This document shows positions 6,229 to 15,534 of a stretch of 26,882 nucleotides of DNA, one piece after another. The DNA comes from a virus. Its lineage: Duplodnaviria; Caudoviricetes. The stretch is taken from positions 1 through 26,882 of IMG/VR virus record IMGVR_UViG_3300032292_000873; one strand, written 5' to 3'. The translations under genes and the position numbers were made by a program. Numbering within the stretch: position 1 is the first letter of the stretch; every line of letters starts with the position of its first letter. Under the pieces are notes generated by a model, which worked only from the letters and a program-made list of their open reading frames with translations, was not told where the DNA came from and did no database searches.

Positions 6229-7821
6229 TTAGATGTTCTTTTTTACTAGGTCTAGTCCTACATAGTCCTGCTTTAACGCATTCATAGTTGCTTCAACAGA
6301 TTCTTTGATCTTTTCTAGCTTTTTGACTGCGTCTGAATCCATATCGGGATTGTGGATAGCTGATTGTAACTTGTCTAATGTAACTTCTAACTTGCTTACG
6401 TCTCCTAAGATTTCTTTTTTCTTTGTCTCGATGTGTTTGTATTTCTCAACCTTCTCATCGATCTTAGTCTTAAAAATAGGGCTGATGTCGTAATTGAACT
6501 TGTGTGCAAAGAACTCGTACATTTTATACTCGTCCATCTTAGTCCATTCGTATTCTGCAGCGTTAAGCTTTTCACAAACGAAATATTCATCATTGATCTT
6601 GAATACTTGAGCCTCAGCTAAAGTACGATCGTTAGTAACTTCTTTAATGAAGTCAAAGTTAAAGATGTTTTCGGTGTTTTCAAGTAAGCTTCTTAGTCTT
6701 TGCTTAGTGTCTGCTGTCTCTAATGAGATTGCCTCGTTTAGGCTAACGTCGTTAGTGTCTTCCACTAGGTTACCGTTTAAGTAAAGGTCTATTGCATTTT
6801 GCTCGTTTACGGAAAGTCTAAGGTTAAAGTTTCTGATAGAGTTTGACTCTACTCCAGTTCCATCGATGTTCTTCTTAAAGCCTAGCGTAGCAAAAGCCTC
6901 AGCTACCTTATAGAATCTAGGAAACTTTTCTTTAACGTAATTAGGATCAACTTCTGCGATCTTAACGTTTTCGTTTATGTAAATCTTTGATTCTTTACCA
7001 GTAAGAGACTTAGACTCACGAATTGAAACGAATCGATCGTTAGTATAAACGATGAAACCGTCCTTTGCTTGAGTAGCAGGAGCGATCATGTTACTGATTG
7101 ATGTTACTGAATCTCCTTCTCCTAAAGTAAAATATCCTTCTTTTTTAGATTCAAGCAATCTTAAGTCGTTCACCAATTGGTTTACAATAGGAATGGTAGT
7201 TCCGTATTTTATCTTAAGAATGTCTGAAGTATAAGACTCCTTAATCAACATGTTTTTTAGGTCTGAACTAACGTTTGAATATTGACCGTTAGGCATCGCA
7301 TCCATGTTATAGACAGCAGTCAATATTAGGTGTTGACTACGATTCTCATTTAAGTATTTTGAGATAACTCTCATGTGCTTAGTAGCAACCTTATCGTATT
7401 GATGAGAACTTAACAGGTTAACAAAAGACTCACACAATAGAAAGTCTGGAGTTCCTTGAACCAGGTAATTCTCAAATAAGTCTAACTGGGAAGAGACTAC
7501 AGGATTCTTACCAAGCTCAGAAGACTTAAGTTCAGATATTCTAGAAGAAAGATTGATCTTTTTAGCGATCGTATTAATCTTTGTGTCTGGAGTAGATTCA
7601 AACTTAGTAAACTGCTCAGATATCGAGGTTAACTTAGGGTTCTTTGTGCTCTTAGCTAGAGCATTGACGCCTTCTTTTAATTTATCATAGATTGCAACTG
7701 GGTGCTCACCTAAAAGAATAGACTTATCTGTTGATTCAATAAGCATTTTAACCAATGGCTGTTTGCTTAACTTTTCATCAGATTTTAATGAGTTAAGTAG
7801 TTGGTTTACGAAACCTTTCAT
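6229..7821 (-). CDS. 530-aa protein, candidate prohead core/internal head protein
   Basis: Monocistronic (late motif and terminator). Many [ILV]xE-S/N/A sites (LIES, LNEN, IKES, LLES, IRES, INEN, LNEA). C-terminal coiled coil. Function is inferred. Confidence 0.5.
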   Translation of the reverse strand: MKGFVNQLLNSLKSDEKLSKQPLVKMLIESTDKSILLGEHPVAIYDKLKEGVNALAKSTKNPKLTSISEQFTKFESTPDTKINTIAKKINLSSRISELKSSELGKNPVVSSQLDLFENYLVQGTPDFLLCESFVNLLSSHQYDKVATKHMRVISKYLNENRSQHLILTAVYNMDAMPNGQYSNVSSDLKNMLIKESYTSDILKIKYGTTIPIVNQLVNDLRLLESKKEGYFTLGEGDSVTSISNMIAPATQAKDGFIVYTNDRFVSIRESKSLTGKESKIYINENVKIAEVDPNYVKEKFPRFYKVAEAFATLGFKKNIDGTGVESNSIRNFNLRLSVNEQNAIDLYLNGNLVEDTNDVSLNEAISLETADTKQRLRSLLENTENIFNFDFIKEVTNDRTLAEAQVFKINDEYFVCEKLNAAEYEWTKMDEYKMYEFFAHKFNYDISPIFKTKIDEKVEKYKHIETKKKEILGDVSKLEVTLDKLQSAIHNPDMDSDAVKKLEKIKESVEATMNALKQDYVGLDLVKKNI

Positions 7822-7839
7822 TTCTTACTATTATTTTTA

Positions 7840-7848
7840 TTATTTATC
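7840..7848 (-). promoter_or_regulatory. Late-promoter-like motif GATAAATAA
   Basis: Intergenic, ~19 nt upstream of ATG 7821. Confidence 0.72.
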
Positions 7849-7872
7849 TTTTTTAGACCATAAAAATTCACT

Positions 7873-10056
7873 TTAGAATATAATGGTCAATATTTGGCCT
7901 GGCGTTATTTCATTTGTAGATAAGTCGTTTGCGTTCTTGATGGATTTAACAGACACTCCATACTGCAAGGCAACGGTCTTTATAGTTTCTCCTTTAGCAA
8001 CAGTGTGGTTTATTTGTTTTCTAGTAAGGTTAGACGAACTAGTGGCAGGGGAGCCGTTAGAAGCTAACGCATTGCCTGAGCTAAGGTTTTTATTGCTAGT
8101 CTGTATTGATTTCCCAGACTTTACGCCGAATCTATTAACGGTAGGTGCGACTCCTTTGTTAAGAATAGGAGACACCGAATTTGCTGATGCTTTTTCTAAT
8201 TCTGTTGATTTTGAAAGGTTTGCTGCGTTTATCTTGTCTAAGATGCTTTGAAGGTTCTTCTCCTTGTTAGATTCAGCAATTATTGAATTTACTGCAGCAT
8301 CTACATCAGACTGCTCACTAGGCTTTCTCCATTCTCCAGAATACATAAAGGTTTCCTTACCGTCTTGTGCAACCGACGTTATGTAGACAGTCTTATTTTT
8401 TGAACCTATTATGGCTTCACTCTCTTTTTTAGAAACGTTGAATGCGACTACTCCAGTTGAAAGGTTTTCTATTTGTGAGTCACCAGTGTTTTCTATAGAA
8501 ACTTTTCCGCTATTTGTTTCAAAGACTATCTTATAGGTTGCAGCATTGATATTCAAATCTAACGGAATTGGATTCTTGATTGAAGTCGATGTGCTTCTAG
8601 TATAGACCTTAAATTTTAAAAGGTTATCAAAAGGAGAGAGTATGAACCTAAGTTTTCCTGGGCCAAACACGATCTCTTCAGTGGTATCAGATGTCGATAC
8701 TAATCCGCTTATTTGAGAAACAGATATGTTATTGTTATTGAAGAAAATAGGAATGTATTCTGTTCTAATGACTTCGGTCGTAGTTGAAGTAGGAGTTACT
8801 TGATTAGAGTTAGATATCGGATTAGGCTGTATGAAGAGATTAGTCGCTTCAAAGCTGTTCTTTAATATCTTGTTGTATATCGTCTGAGAGCCTGGTTTAT
8901 CTAAGATTGGAAGCACGTTTAGCTTCTTTCCGTATTTTTTAGGAGATATTAGATTAAAGGAAGCTTCTCGTATTATCTGTTCACCGTTTCTACGATTAGT
9001 CAATCTGCTTATTAGGTCGATCGACATGCTTACCGCTTGACTAGCATTTTTCAATACTGGTCTAAATATGTTAGCTTCGTCAAAGCTGTCTTCTTGGAAG
9101 AATATCTGTCTTGTTGTGTTTATGAATGAACTTCCGATCTGTTCAAAAACGCTTAATTGGTGAATGATGATCCAATCATCGGCTGGGTTTCTTCGGTTTA
9201 GGATCGAAATGAGTTCTTCAGGAAATCCTGAATTGAAAGTCAGATAAAACTCTATGTAATCACCAACTCCTGATTCGTTGATGTATGCACCTACGTTATC
9301 AAACTCATTGCTCTGAGAAACGATAGCAGTATACAGCTCTGAAACCTCATATGAATCGTAGTTAGTTGAAGTTCCAGTAGATATCGTCTTCTTCTTACCA
9401 CACTCAGCCAAGCTTACTTCTATAGGGTTATTGTAAATAAAACCAGTGGAAGAAGTAGCATTTGGAGTTATCGCAGCGACAAATGTGTTTGCAGGAACTG
9501 CTGCTATCTTATAGTCTTCGTTTATGTTTTTTATTGAAGGTACCATTATGTCAATGTACCTATCGTATAGAGCATTTGCGATGAACAGAGGTTTTGCATT
9601 AAATATTATGAGTTCTGCGATTGTTTCAGGTGCCAATAATATGCTTGCAAAAAGGCTCTTTTTTCCATCGTTTTCAGTATGAGATACACCTAAGACAAGA
9701 GCAACGAATTGATCAAAGTCAAATCCAGCAACAAAATGGAATCTTACTTTATCCATTACGACGTTGTAACCAGTTATCGAAGTGGTCGTAAGATCAGAAT
9801 CATAAGTCAAATAGTCAGGAATCTTTTCACTGTCTAAGTAGGCAAATGTGTTGTTTCCTATCGGAGCAACGGTTAGGTCCTTGATGTTTTTAGTGGTGTG
9901 ATATGACGAATCATCGTTAAATATCTGATGAGTGTCAGTCTTAGCGTTTTCCACTAAAACAAAGTCATCAGCATAGTAATTGGTAGAACCAAGCGGCTCT
10001 GCCATGTACTCTGCCATACAATATGACGTAAGATTTACGAACCTGCTTTGTGCCAT
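7873..10056 (-). CDS. 727-aa putative structural protein with C-terminal LysM domain
   Basis: C-terminus HTVAKGETIKTVALQYGVSVKSIKNANDLSTNEITPGQILTI fits the LysM consensus and follows an S/N-rich linker. Confidence 0.8.
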   Translation of the reverse strand: MAQSRFVNLTSYCMAEYMAEPLGSTNYYADDFVLVENAKTDTHQIFNDDSSYHTTKNIKDLTVAPIGNNTFAYLDSEKIPDYLTYDSDLTTTSITGYNVVMDKVRFHFVAGFDFDQFVALVLGVSHTENDGKKSLFASILLAPETIAELIIFNAKPLFIANALYDRYIDIMVPSIKNINEDYKIAAVPANTFVAAITPNATSSTGFIYNNPIEVSLAECGKKKTISTGTSTNYDSYEVSELYTAIVSQSNEFDNVGAYINESGVGDYIEFYLTFNSGFPEELISILNRRNPADDWIIIHQLSVFEQIGSSFINTTRQIFFQEDSFDEANIFRPVLKNASQAVSMSIDLISRLTNRRNGEQIIREASFNLISPKKYGKKLNVLPILDKPGSQTIYNKILKNSFEATNLFIQPNPISNSNQVTPTSTTTEVIRTEYIPIFFNNNNISVSQISGLVSTSDTTEEIVFGPGKLRFILSPFDNLLKFKVYTRSTSTSIKNPIPLDLNINAATYKIVFETNSGKVSIENTGDSQIENLSTGVVAFNVSKKESEAIIGSKNKTVYITSVAQDGKETFMYSGEWRKPSEQSDVDAAVNSIIAESNKEKNLQSILDKINAANLSKSTELEKASANSVSPILNKGVAPTVNRFGVKSGKSIQTSNKNLSSGNALASNGSPATSSSNLTRKQINHTVAKGETIKTVALQYGVSVKSIKNANDLSTNEITPGQILTIIF

Positions 10057-10057
10057 C

Positions 10058-10846
10058 TTATTTTTTCTTTGAAGATTTTAATTTGAAATAGTAACCTACT
10101 CCTACTTGGGATTGGGAGTTTGCACTAAATATTATGTTATGCTGATCAAAAAGGTTAAGGCCTACTCCAATTCCGATCGAACTATATGAAGGACTTAATA
10201 GTGAGTGATTGTACATTCCACCAACTAACCATTGTACTTTTCTAGGAGTCAAGGGATTGTATTCAGCTGGAGGTAAGCTATTTACTTGAAGTGAGTCTAC
10301 TTTTAACCATTCTGGTCCGACTATTCTGTGTTTCCAAAGACCTCTAGAGTCTTCGGTTACGACTATTTGAATAGGAAGCTTTCCAAAAGTAAATTCTCCA
10401 TTATATTGAGCAGTGTTTCGGTTTATCCAACCGTCCCAGAATACAAACGGATCCTCTTTAGAAGGATATCTAAGAGCAACATTAATCTTATTTGTATCGA
10501 CTCCATCAATGCTTCCAAAGCCTTCAGTTACCTTTGAGTCTAAGGAGACAATCGAATTAGTTATGCTAAGTAGTCTTTCGTTTTGGTCTTTTACTACGTC
10601 GTATAAGTCTCTATTCTGTTCTTTGAGCTGGTTCTTAAGATCCTTTTCAGAGTTGTAATAGTTAACGAGCTTTGCATAACGCCCATCTGCTTCCTTAACG
10701 AGTTTATCAGCAGCGATTATTGACTTCTTGAGTTCGTCAGTCTCATTTAGTGCTTGGTTTTGAGCCAGTCGACTTTGCCAAGCTAAAAAGATTATGATTA
10801 TTAGGGCTGCACCTATAAAAATCCTATAGAATAGATCCTTCTTCAT
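10058..10846 (-). CDS. Membrane-anchored coiled-coil protein with C-terminal beta-strands (spanin-like candidate)
   Basis: N-terminal TM (IFIGAALIIIIFLAW), coiled coil, and Gly/aromatic alternating strands (SIGIGVGLNLF, QVGVGYYFKL). Confidence 0.6.
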   Translation of the reverse strand: MKKDLFYRIFIGAALIIIIFLAWQSRLAQNQALNETDELKKSIIAADKLVKEADGRYAKLVNYYNSEKDLKNQLKEQNRDLYDVVKDQNERLLSITNSIVSLDSKVTEGFGSIDGVDTNKINVALRYPSKEDPFVFWDGWINRNTAQYNGEFTFGKLPIQIVVTEDSRGLWKHRIVGPEWLKVDSLQVNSLPPAEYNPLTPRKVQWLVGGMYNHSLLSPSYSSIGIGVGLNLFDQHNIIFSANSQSQVGVGYYFKLKSSKKK

Positions 10847-11075
10847 GGTTTTGAATTATTTCCAAGATGTCAGTCGGACCTAGGGTTCTACCTAACTTCT
10901 TTTCTAGTTTATTTATTATTTCTTTTTCCTCATCTCGAGTTCTATCAAGAACCTCATTAAGTTCGATACTCATTTTATCAAGTTTCATTGTCTCAACGGT
11001 CAATTCACGGATGGCAGCGTGTACGTTTGAATACACGTTAGTTAACTGTTTAAGTCTTTCTATTTCGTTTTTCAT
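10824..11075 (-). CDS. Small coiled-coil hypothetical protein
   Basis: 83 aa, heptad-like pattern, tightly packed in the operon. Confidence 0.7.
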   Translation of the reverse strand: MKNEIERLKQLTNVYSNVHAAIRELTVETMKLDKMSIELNEVLDRTRDEEKEIINKLEKKLGRTLGPTDILEIIQNHEEGSIL

Positions 11076-11078
11076 AAA

Positions 11079-12806
11079 TTATGATTCTTTTATTATTACT
11101 TCTAATGGGTTAGTCAGTGCCTGTTCTATTCTCTTTAGTCTATTCTCTAAAGAGGCAACATCAATCATTGGAGGAGCTTGAGAGGCAGCAGGTTGATTGG
11201 TAGGTGTTAGCGAAATTGGCTTTTGGGGCTTTACTTCTGCCATGCTCGGCGAAGATTGAGTAGGTGTAACAGGAGCAGTAGGCTGACTTATCGCAACGTC
11301 AGTCTTAGGTTCTGGCTGAGCCGTAGTCGGATTACCAGCAACGCTAGGATTCAACTTCTCAACGTTAGATTCAATAGGATTGGTAATATTAGACTGAGTT
11401 AGCGAAGTATTAGAAGTAGTTGAACTTCCAGAGCCATCAACGTTTGTTGTCGATTGAGTGTTATTTGTTGCCGTGTTTATGGCCGAGTTAGTAACTCCTA
11501 CTTCAGACTTTTCCTTTTTTCTTTCTCTAACACGTTCAGCAGCCTTTCCAAGAAGATTTATTGGGATTCCCATTCTTTCTAATTGGGATCCAGCCACTCC
11601 TAAAAGGTCCTTACCGTCTGACATAAGCTTCTCTCCAATTGGGCTTAGTGCTCTACCTGCAGCTGCTTTAACCTTATCTAAAAACTTTGGACCTCCACTC
11701 TTTGACTCAAGAGTCGATTGGTTTATAGTCGAAGAGCTTGCTACATTCTGTGCATTGACTGTTTCTGAAACGGCTTGGGTAGCGTTTGTGGTCGGCGAGG
11801 AAACGTTTGTTTCATTAGACTCGCTTATATTTATGTTTTGTTGGGTCACAGAAGGTGCAGGCGGCTCGACGCTAGCTGCAGGAGACGGTGTGGCTTCTGG
11901 CTGGTTAATCGGTCCCATCACAGCAGACGGTTCACTTGCAATTGGACCTAAGTTAGAAGCCTCTTCTTTCTTTTCTAGATTTAGGTTTATGGTAGATTCG
12001 CCCGGTGTCACCCCTTCAGTCTTCATAACTTCAGGCTTACCTTCAGTCACGGTTGCAGACTCGCCAGTAGTTTTTTCAGCAGTTCCGTCTTGGACACCTT
12101 CTGCTGCATTTATGCCACTTTCGGTAGGGGCAGCAGCGGTCGCAGACTCAGTAGACTGTTCATTTATTGGAGAAGCTGCTTCTTCTTTCTTCTCTTGTTT
12201 GAACAACTCACCGGCTTCTAGTTTTTCCTTTAAAACATCATATGCCTCTTTGCTAGTGTTGACTAAGCGTGGACCAGCAACGCCGTTTGCCTCATATTCT
12301 ATGATCTCTGCAAAGCCTTCATAGTCATCAAAGATCTTTTTAAGAATAGAGTCTGTATTATTTCCGCCAGTTGATGCAGTACGGGAAGCAAGTTTGACTA
12401 GTTCAAACCCCAACATGCTTATGTGTTCTTCGGGTTTTCTGGCTGAAAGGGCCTGCGCCTGAGCTAAGTATTGGTTTGAGTAATCTAAGCTTTTCTTAGC
12501 GTTCTTTAATTTAAAAAGCTCTTTTACTGAGCTTTCAAGAGGGTCGCCGTAGCTTAAAAGGCTTGTATAGTTTGGATTTGCAGTCACACCGTCGGTTAAC
12601 ACGGCGGCTCCGCCAGGTTGAGGAAAGACCGATGTAAACTTTTCAAATATCCCTAACTTTTCAGTCTCTATCTTAAGAGCTTCCCACAGTTCAATAGCCC
12701 TTTTTAACTTTCCTTCAGACTTAGCAACATTTTCTTTTTGTTTTTCAACATCAGCTGCTGCTTTTTCAGCATATAGGGCCGCGAATGCAGACAGTTTCTC
12801 GCTCAC
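11079..12806 (-). CDS. 575-aa low-complexity protein in tape-measure/baseplate-hub (gp29-like) position
   Basis: GTG start. Helical N-terminus, long S/T/P/A/E-rich disordered region and short helical C-terminus. Directly follows the chaperone pair. The function call is positional only. Confidence 0.5.
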   Translation of the reverse strand: MSEKLSAFAALYAEKAAADVEKQKENVAKSEGKLKRAIELWEALKIETEKLGIFEKFTSVFPQPGGAAVLTDGVTANPNYTSLLSYGDPLESSVKELFKLKNAKKSLDYSNQYLAQAQALSARKPEEHISMLGFELVKLASRTASTGGNNTDSILKKIFDDYEGFAEIIEYEANGVAGPRLVNTSKEAYDVLKEKLEAGELFKQEKKEEAASPINEQSTESATAAAPTESGINAAEGVQDGTAEKTTGESATVTEGKPEVMKTEGVTPGESTINLNLEKKEEASNLGPIASEPSAVMGPINQPEATPSPAASVEPPAPSVTQQNINISESNETNVSSPTTNATQAVSETVNAQNVASSSTINQSTLESKSGGPKFLDKVKAAAGRALSPIGEKLMSDGKDLLGVAGSQLERMGIPINLLGKAAERVRERKKEKSEVGVTNSAINTATNNTQSTTNVDGSGSSTTSNTSLTQSNITNPIESNVEKLNPSVAGNPTTAQPEPKTDVAISQPTAPVTPTQSSPSMAEVKPQKPISLTPTNQPAASQAPPMIDVASLENRLKRIEQALTNPLEVIIKES

Positions 12807-12823
12807 TTAGATCAGGTTTTTTG

Positions 12824-12832
12824 TTATTTATT
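12824..12832 (-). promoter_or_regulatory. Late-promoter-like variant AATAAATAA
   Basis: ~18 nt upstream of GTG 12806, overlapping the upstream stop codon. Confidence 0.55.
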
Positions 12833-13043
12833 TGAGTTTTAAGTGATCAGGTAAATTGACTTTTACTGGCCCAGTCGGAGCGTCAGGTATAAAGTCTGTG
12901 CTTGTTGAATTATTAGCGTCCTCAGTATCCTTATTGACTATGTTAAGAATAAGAGAATATTCGTTGTAATCCATGTTGTATAGTGTCTCAAAGCTTTGAT
13001 TAAGCTTCACCGCCAATCGAGTGTTAACCTCAAATAAGTTCAT
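12828..13043 (-). CDS. Small baseplate-hub/tail assembly chaperone partner (cyanophage 'gp51'-like)
   Basis: ATG at 13043 overlaps the end of the upstream gene. DLMNLFEVNTRLAVKLNQSFETLYNMDYNEYSLIL resembles the small 'L.nyy..nf.l....ysl.eienm..wE' proteins that follow gp26 in T4-like phages. The frame stays open upstream to at least 13133. Confidence 0.6.
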   Translation of the reverse strand: MNLFEVNTRLAVKLNQSFETLYNMDYNEYSLILNIVNKDTEDANNSTSTDFIPDAPTGPVKVNLPDHLKLK

Positions 13044-14025
13044 CAAGTCCAGCTGAAATAATGAAAATATCTTTGACAGTGAAGCTTCCTCCCAAAAAAA
13101 TGTGGCTCTCCGTGATGTTTCCACATTTTTCACACTTACAGCCAGCTTTGTTTAGACTCGCGTCCTTTAATGCCTTTGTAAATTTGTGGATGAAAACAAA
13201 CTTGTTTTGTTGCCAGTTTTGAGAGCCTATCTTTAAGTTAGATAAGTAGCCACCGTCACACGTTCTCCATTCACCTGCTAAATAAGGTGCGAATTCATAG
13301 AACGCGTCGTCTATTTCAGTACCTGAATTTAACTCTGCAGTCTTTCTTTGTTTTATCTTAGTCTCTACTCCAAAGCTTGGTAAATAGATTCTAATCGTTT
13401 CTTGCAATTTATCTGAGACCACCTTAAAGCATCGTTCTTCAGGCGAATACCATTTCATTAGTTCGTCTGGACATTCAAAGCCCTTTAGGTTTTGGCTTCC
13501 TACTTGGATTCGATTTATGTGACCACATCGATCGTTATCACATTTTATGTTCGCCCAAAGCTTATTTTCCTGATTGGGAAAGGTGAGCTCATATATCCTA
13601 AATAGTATGTGGTACCTGTCGATCTCTAAGATGTCATTAAAGTTTAAAGGACGCCCGCCTTTAACTTTAAACTTTGTACATGCATTCAGGACAAAGTTGA
13701 TCTTTTCCTTTACATCGATCGGGTCATTTTCATCTATGGTAGACCAGTGACGAATCTCCTTAGTTTTTGCAGGTCTAAGCAATAGCTCAGAGTTTTCAGG
13801 ATAGAACATTCCCTTAGAAGGTAGTCCTCTAAGATCTAATATCTTCCAAGAAGACTCGGCTGCACCAGACAATTCGTTTAGATCTTGGTAACTAGCAACG
13901 ACTCCTAAGCTTTTTGGTTTTTCTTCCTGTTTTTCAACTAGTGGTTCGACTTGGTTTACACCGTGTGTACGATCCATTTCATCTAAAAAACGAGTAGCTT
14001 CTTCTTCATTTATTCCTTCGGACAT
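13030..14025 (-). CDS. T4 gp26/gp51-like baseplate hub assembly / tail chaperone with Cys pairs
   Basis: LPSKGMFYP, LLRPAKTKE and ILEIDRYHILFRIYELTF are typical of this family. Cys pairs CDNDRC and CEKC. Confidence 0.75.
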   Translation of the reverse strand: MSEGINEEEATRFLDEMDRTHGVNQVEPLVEKQEEKPKSLGVVASYQDLNELSGAAESSWKILDLRGLPSKGMFYPENSELLLRPAKTKEIRHWSTIDENDPIDVKEKINFVLNACTKFKVKGGRPLNFNDILEIDRYHILFRIYELTFPNQENKLWANIKCDNDRCGHINRIQVGSQNLKGFECPDELMKWYSPEERCFKVVSDKLQETIRIYLPSFGVETKIKQRKTAELNSGTEIDDAFYEFAPYLAGEWRTCDGGYLSNLKIGSQNWQQNKFVFIHKFTKALKDASLNKAGCKCEKCGNITESHIFLGGSFTVKDIFIISAGLDELI

Positions 14026-14069
14026 AACTCACTTCTTTTTTATATTATATCGAAAAATGAAAAATGGTT

Positions 14070-14528
14070 CTAAGAGTTAATGAATTGCTCGAAACTAAGT
14101 GCGCGACTCTCGTAGATCCTTTCGATAGTATCTACATAAACCTCAGTTATCTTTAAGGTCTTTGGGTCTCTTATCCAGACACGAACCGTACCGTTTTTAT
14201 AGTTTGGTGCCATTCTATGAAGTTTTCCAGTTATTACTCTAGGTTCTCCCTTAGTTTGAGAATTGACTATGACTCCTCTGAGCCTATCGCCAGGTTTAAA
14301 GAATGTTCTTAAGGTGCTCAATTTTATGTCAAACTGGCTAAATCCAGGATCGCCTTTAATTGACATGTCAGTCAAGGGTGACTGTTTTACAGAAATTCCT
14401 GGGGTAAATTGGCTACGGCCAGTCGTAAAATTAAAGTCGCCTTTTCTTCCATAGAAAGGTAGACCTCTTGCGAAGTCTCTCTGACCTAATGCGCCAGGCA
14501 TGCCTCTATTTTCGTTTAGTTTACTCAT
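14070..14528 (-). CDS. Hypothetical protein with SH3-like beta C-terminal region and terminal targeting-like motif
   Basis: ATG at 14528 in a TAATG overlap with the upstream stop. Begins MSKLNEN and ends IYESRALSFEQFINS. Confidence 0.7.
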   Translation of the reverse strand: MSKLNENRGMPGALGQRDFARGLPFYGRKGDFNFTTGRSQFTPGISVKQSPLTDMSIKGDPGFSQFDIKLSTLRTFFKPGDRLRGVIVNSQTKGEPRVITGKLHRMAPNYKNGTVRVWIRDPKTLKITEVYVDTIERIYESRALSFEQFINS

Positions 14529-14935
14529 TACCAAGCAAGAGGAAGGACTCTTTTCTTGTAACCGACTACTACGTAATCTCCTACTGGATCGATCGGCTCA
14601 CCTGCAGAGTCGCAAAAAAGAAACTTTTTAAGGTATACGTGAATTATGGGATTGTTGGAAAAATAGGCGATTGGATAGATTGGAGCGTCGTTGTCTTGAT
14701 TGTCTACGCCCCATATCTTTACGTGAGTGACACCAGCATCAACCCCAGTAAGGTCTACGAACTCTAACTTGAACACCGGTCCTCTTGAAAACCCATACTG
14801 TTGAGTCTCGCCGATCTGCCAATAGCCAAGAGTGGTTGGTGCTGAGTTGGGCTGTCTTTTATCTGTGCTTACAAACGTTGGTGCATAGACCGTGTCGTTT
14901 AATAATGTGATTAGTTCCGTACCGCTTTCTAACAT
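14528..14935 (-). CDS. Hypothetical beta-rich protein (probably structural)
   Basis: 135-aa ORF in a late-motif operon, translationally coupled to the next gene. Confidence 0.7.
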   Translation of the reverse strand: MLESGTELITLLNDTVYAPTFVSTDKRQPNSAPTTLGYWQIGETQQYGFSRGPVFKLEFVDLTGVDAGVTHVKIWGVDNQDNDAPIYPIAYFSNNPIIHVYLKKFLFCDSAGEPIDPVGDYVVVGYKKRVLPLAW

Positions 14936-14949
14936 TTTGTGTAAATTTT

Positions 14950-15489
14950 TTAGTCTGCTTTTCCAAATAGGACTAGGGCAGACACCTTGATCACATAATC
15001 CAAATTAGGATTTATTATCTCTATCTTATTTATCAGATCCTCAGGATCATTTGATTTAGGATTTGTGAACATCACAAATAAGTTGTGAAGCGGATACTCT
15101 AGCGACTGCATGTCGCTTGCCCTTTCTATTGAGATCTTTACTGATTTTTTGCTTAGTGCAATCTCCTCAGAGTTATTGTCGTAGATTGGATAGGTCACCT
15201 TAATCAGGACTCCACGAGCATAAGCCTTTCCGCTTTCTAGTATTTGGCTTGGGGAGTTGACTATGACTTGATTGTCAAATATAGTCATAGTTCCGCCGCC
15301 TGCTTCTAAGTTTAGTCCAACACACTGATATCCATCAACTGCTAAAGATACATCACCTAGGCAGAATTCGCCCATGATATCTTTCTTATCGACTATCTTA
15401 AAACATTTATCGTTAAATAATTGAATGTATGGTTGGTTTTCATAACCCCCACAGCAGTCGCAAATATCATTTAGATTGGGAATCGCCAT
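14950..15489 (-). CDS. Hypothetical protein with Cys-rich N-terminus (probably structural)
   Basis: 179 aa, contains ICDCCGG. GATAAATAA lies upstream. Confidence 0.7.
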   Translation of the reverse strand: MAIPNLNDICDCCGGYENQPYIQLFNDKCFKIVDKKDIMGEFCLGDVSLAVDGYQCVGLNLEAGGGTMTIFDNQVIVNSPSQILESGKAYARGVLIKVTYPIYDNNSEEIALSKKSVKISIERASDMQSLEYPLHNLFVMFTNPKSNDPEDLINKIEIINPNLDYVIKVSALVLFGKAD

Positions 15490-15518
15490 TTGGTCTTATT
15501 TTTTGTGCTTGATTTTTT

Positions 15519-15527
15519 TTATTTATC
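15519..15527 (-). promoter_or_regulatory. Late-promoter-like motif GATAAATAA
   Basis: Intergenic, ~30 nt upstream of ATG 15489. Confidence 0.7.
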
Positions 15528-15534
15528 TCAAGTC

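Noticed and set aside
11458-12324. 288-aa hydrophobic plus-strand ORF
   Set aside because: Antisense shadow of the low-complexity 575-aa gene, with no promoter motif or domain.
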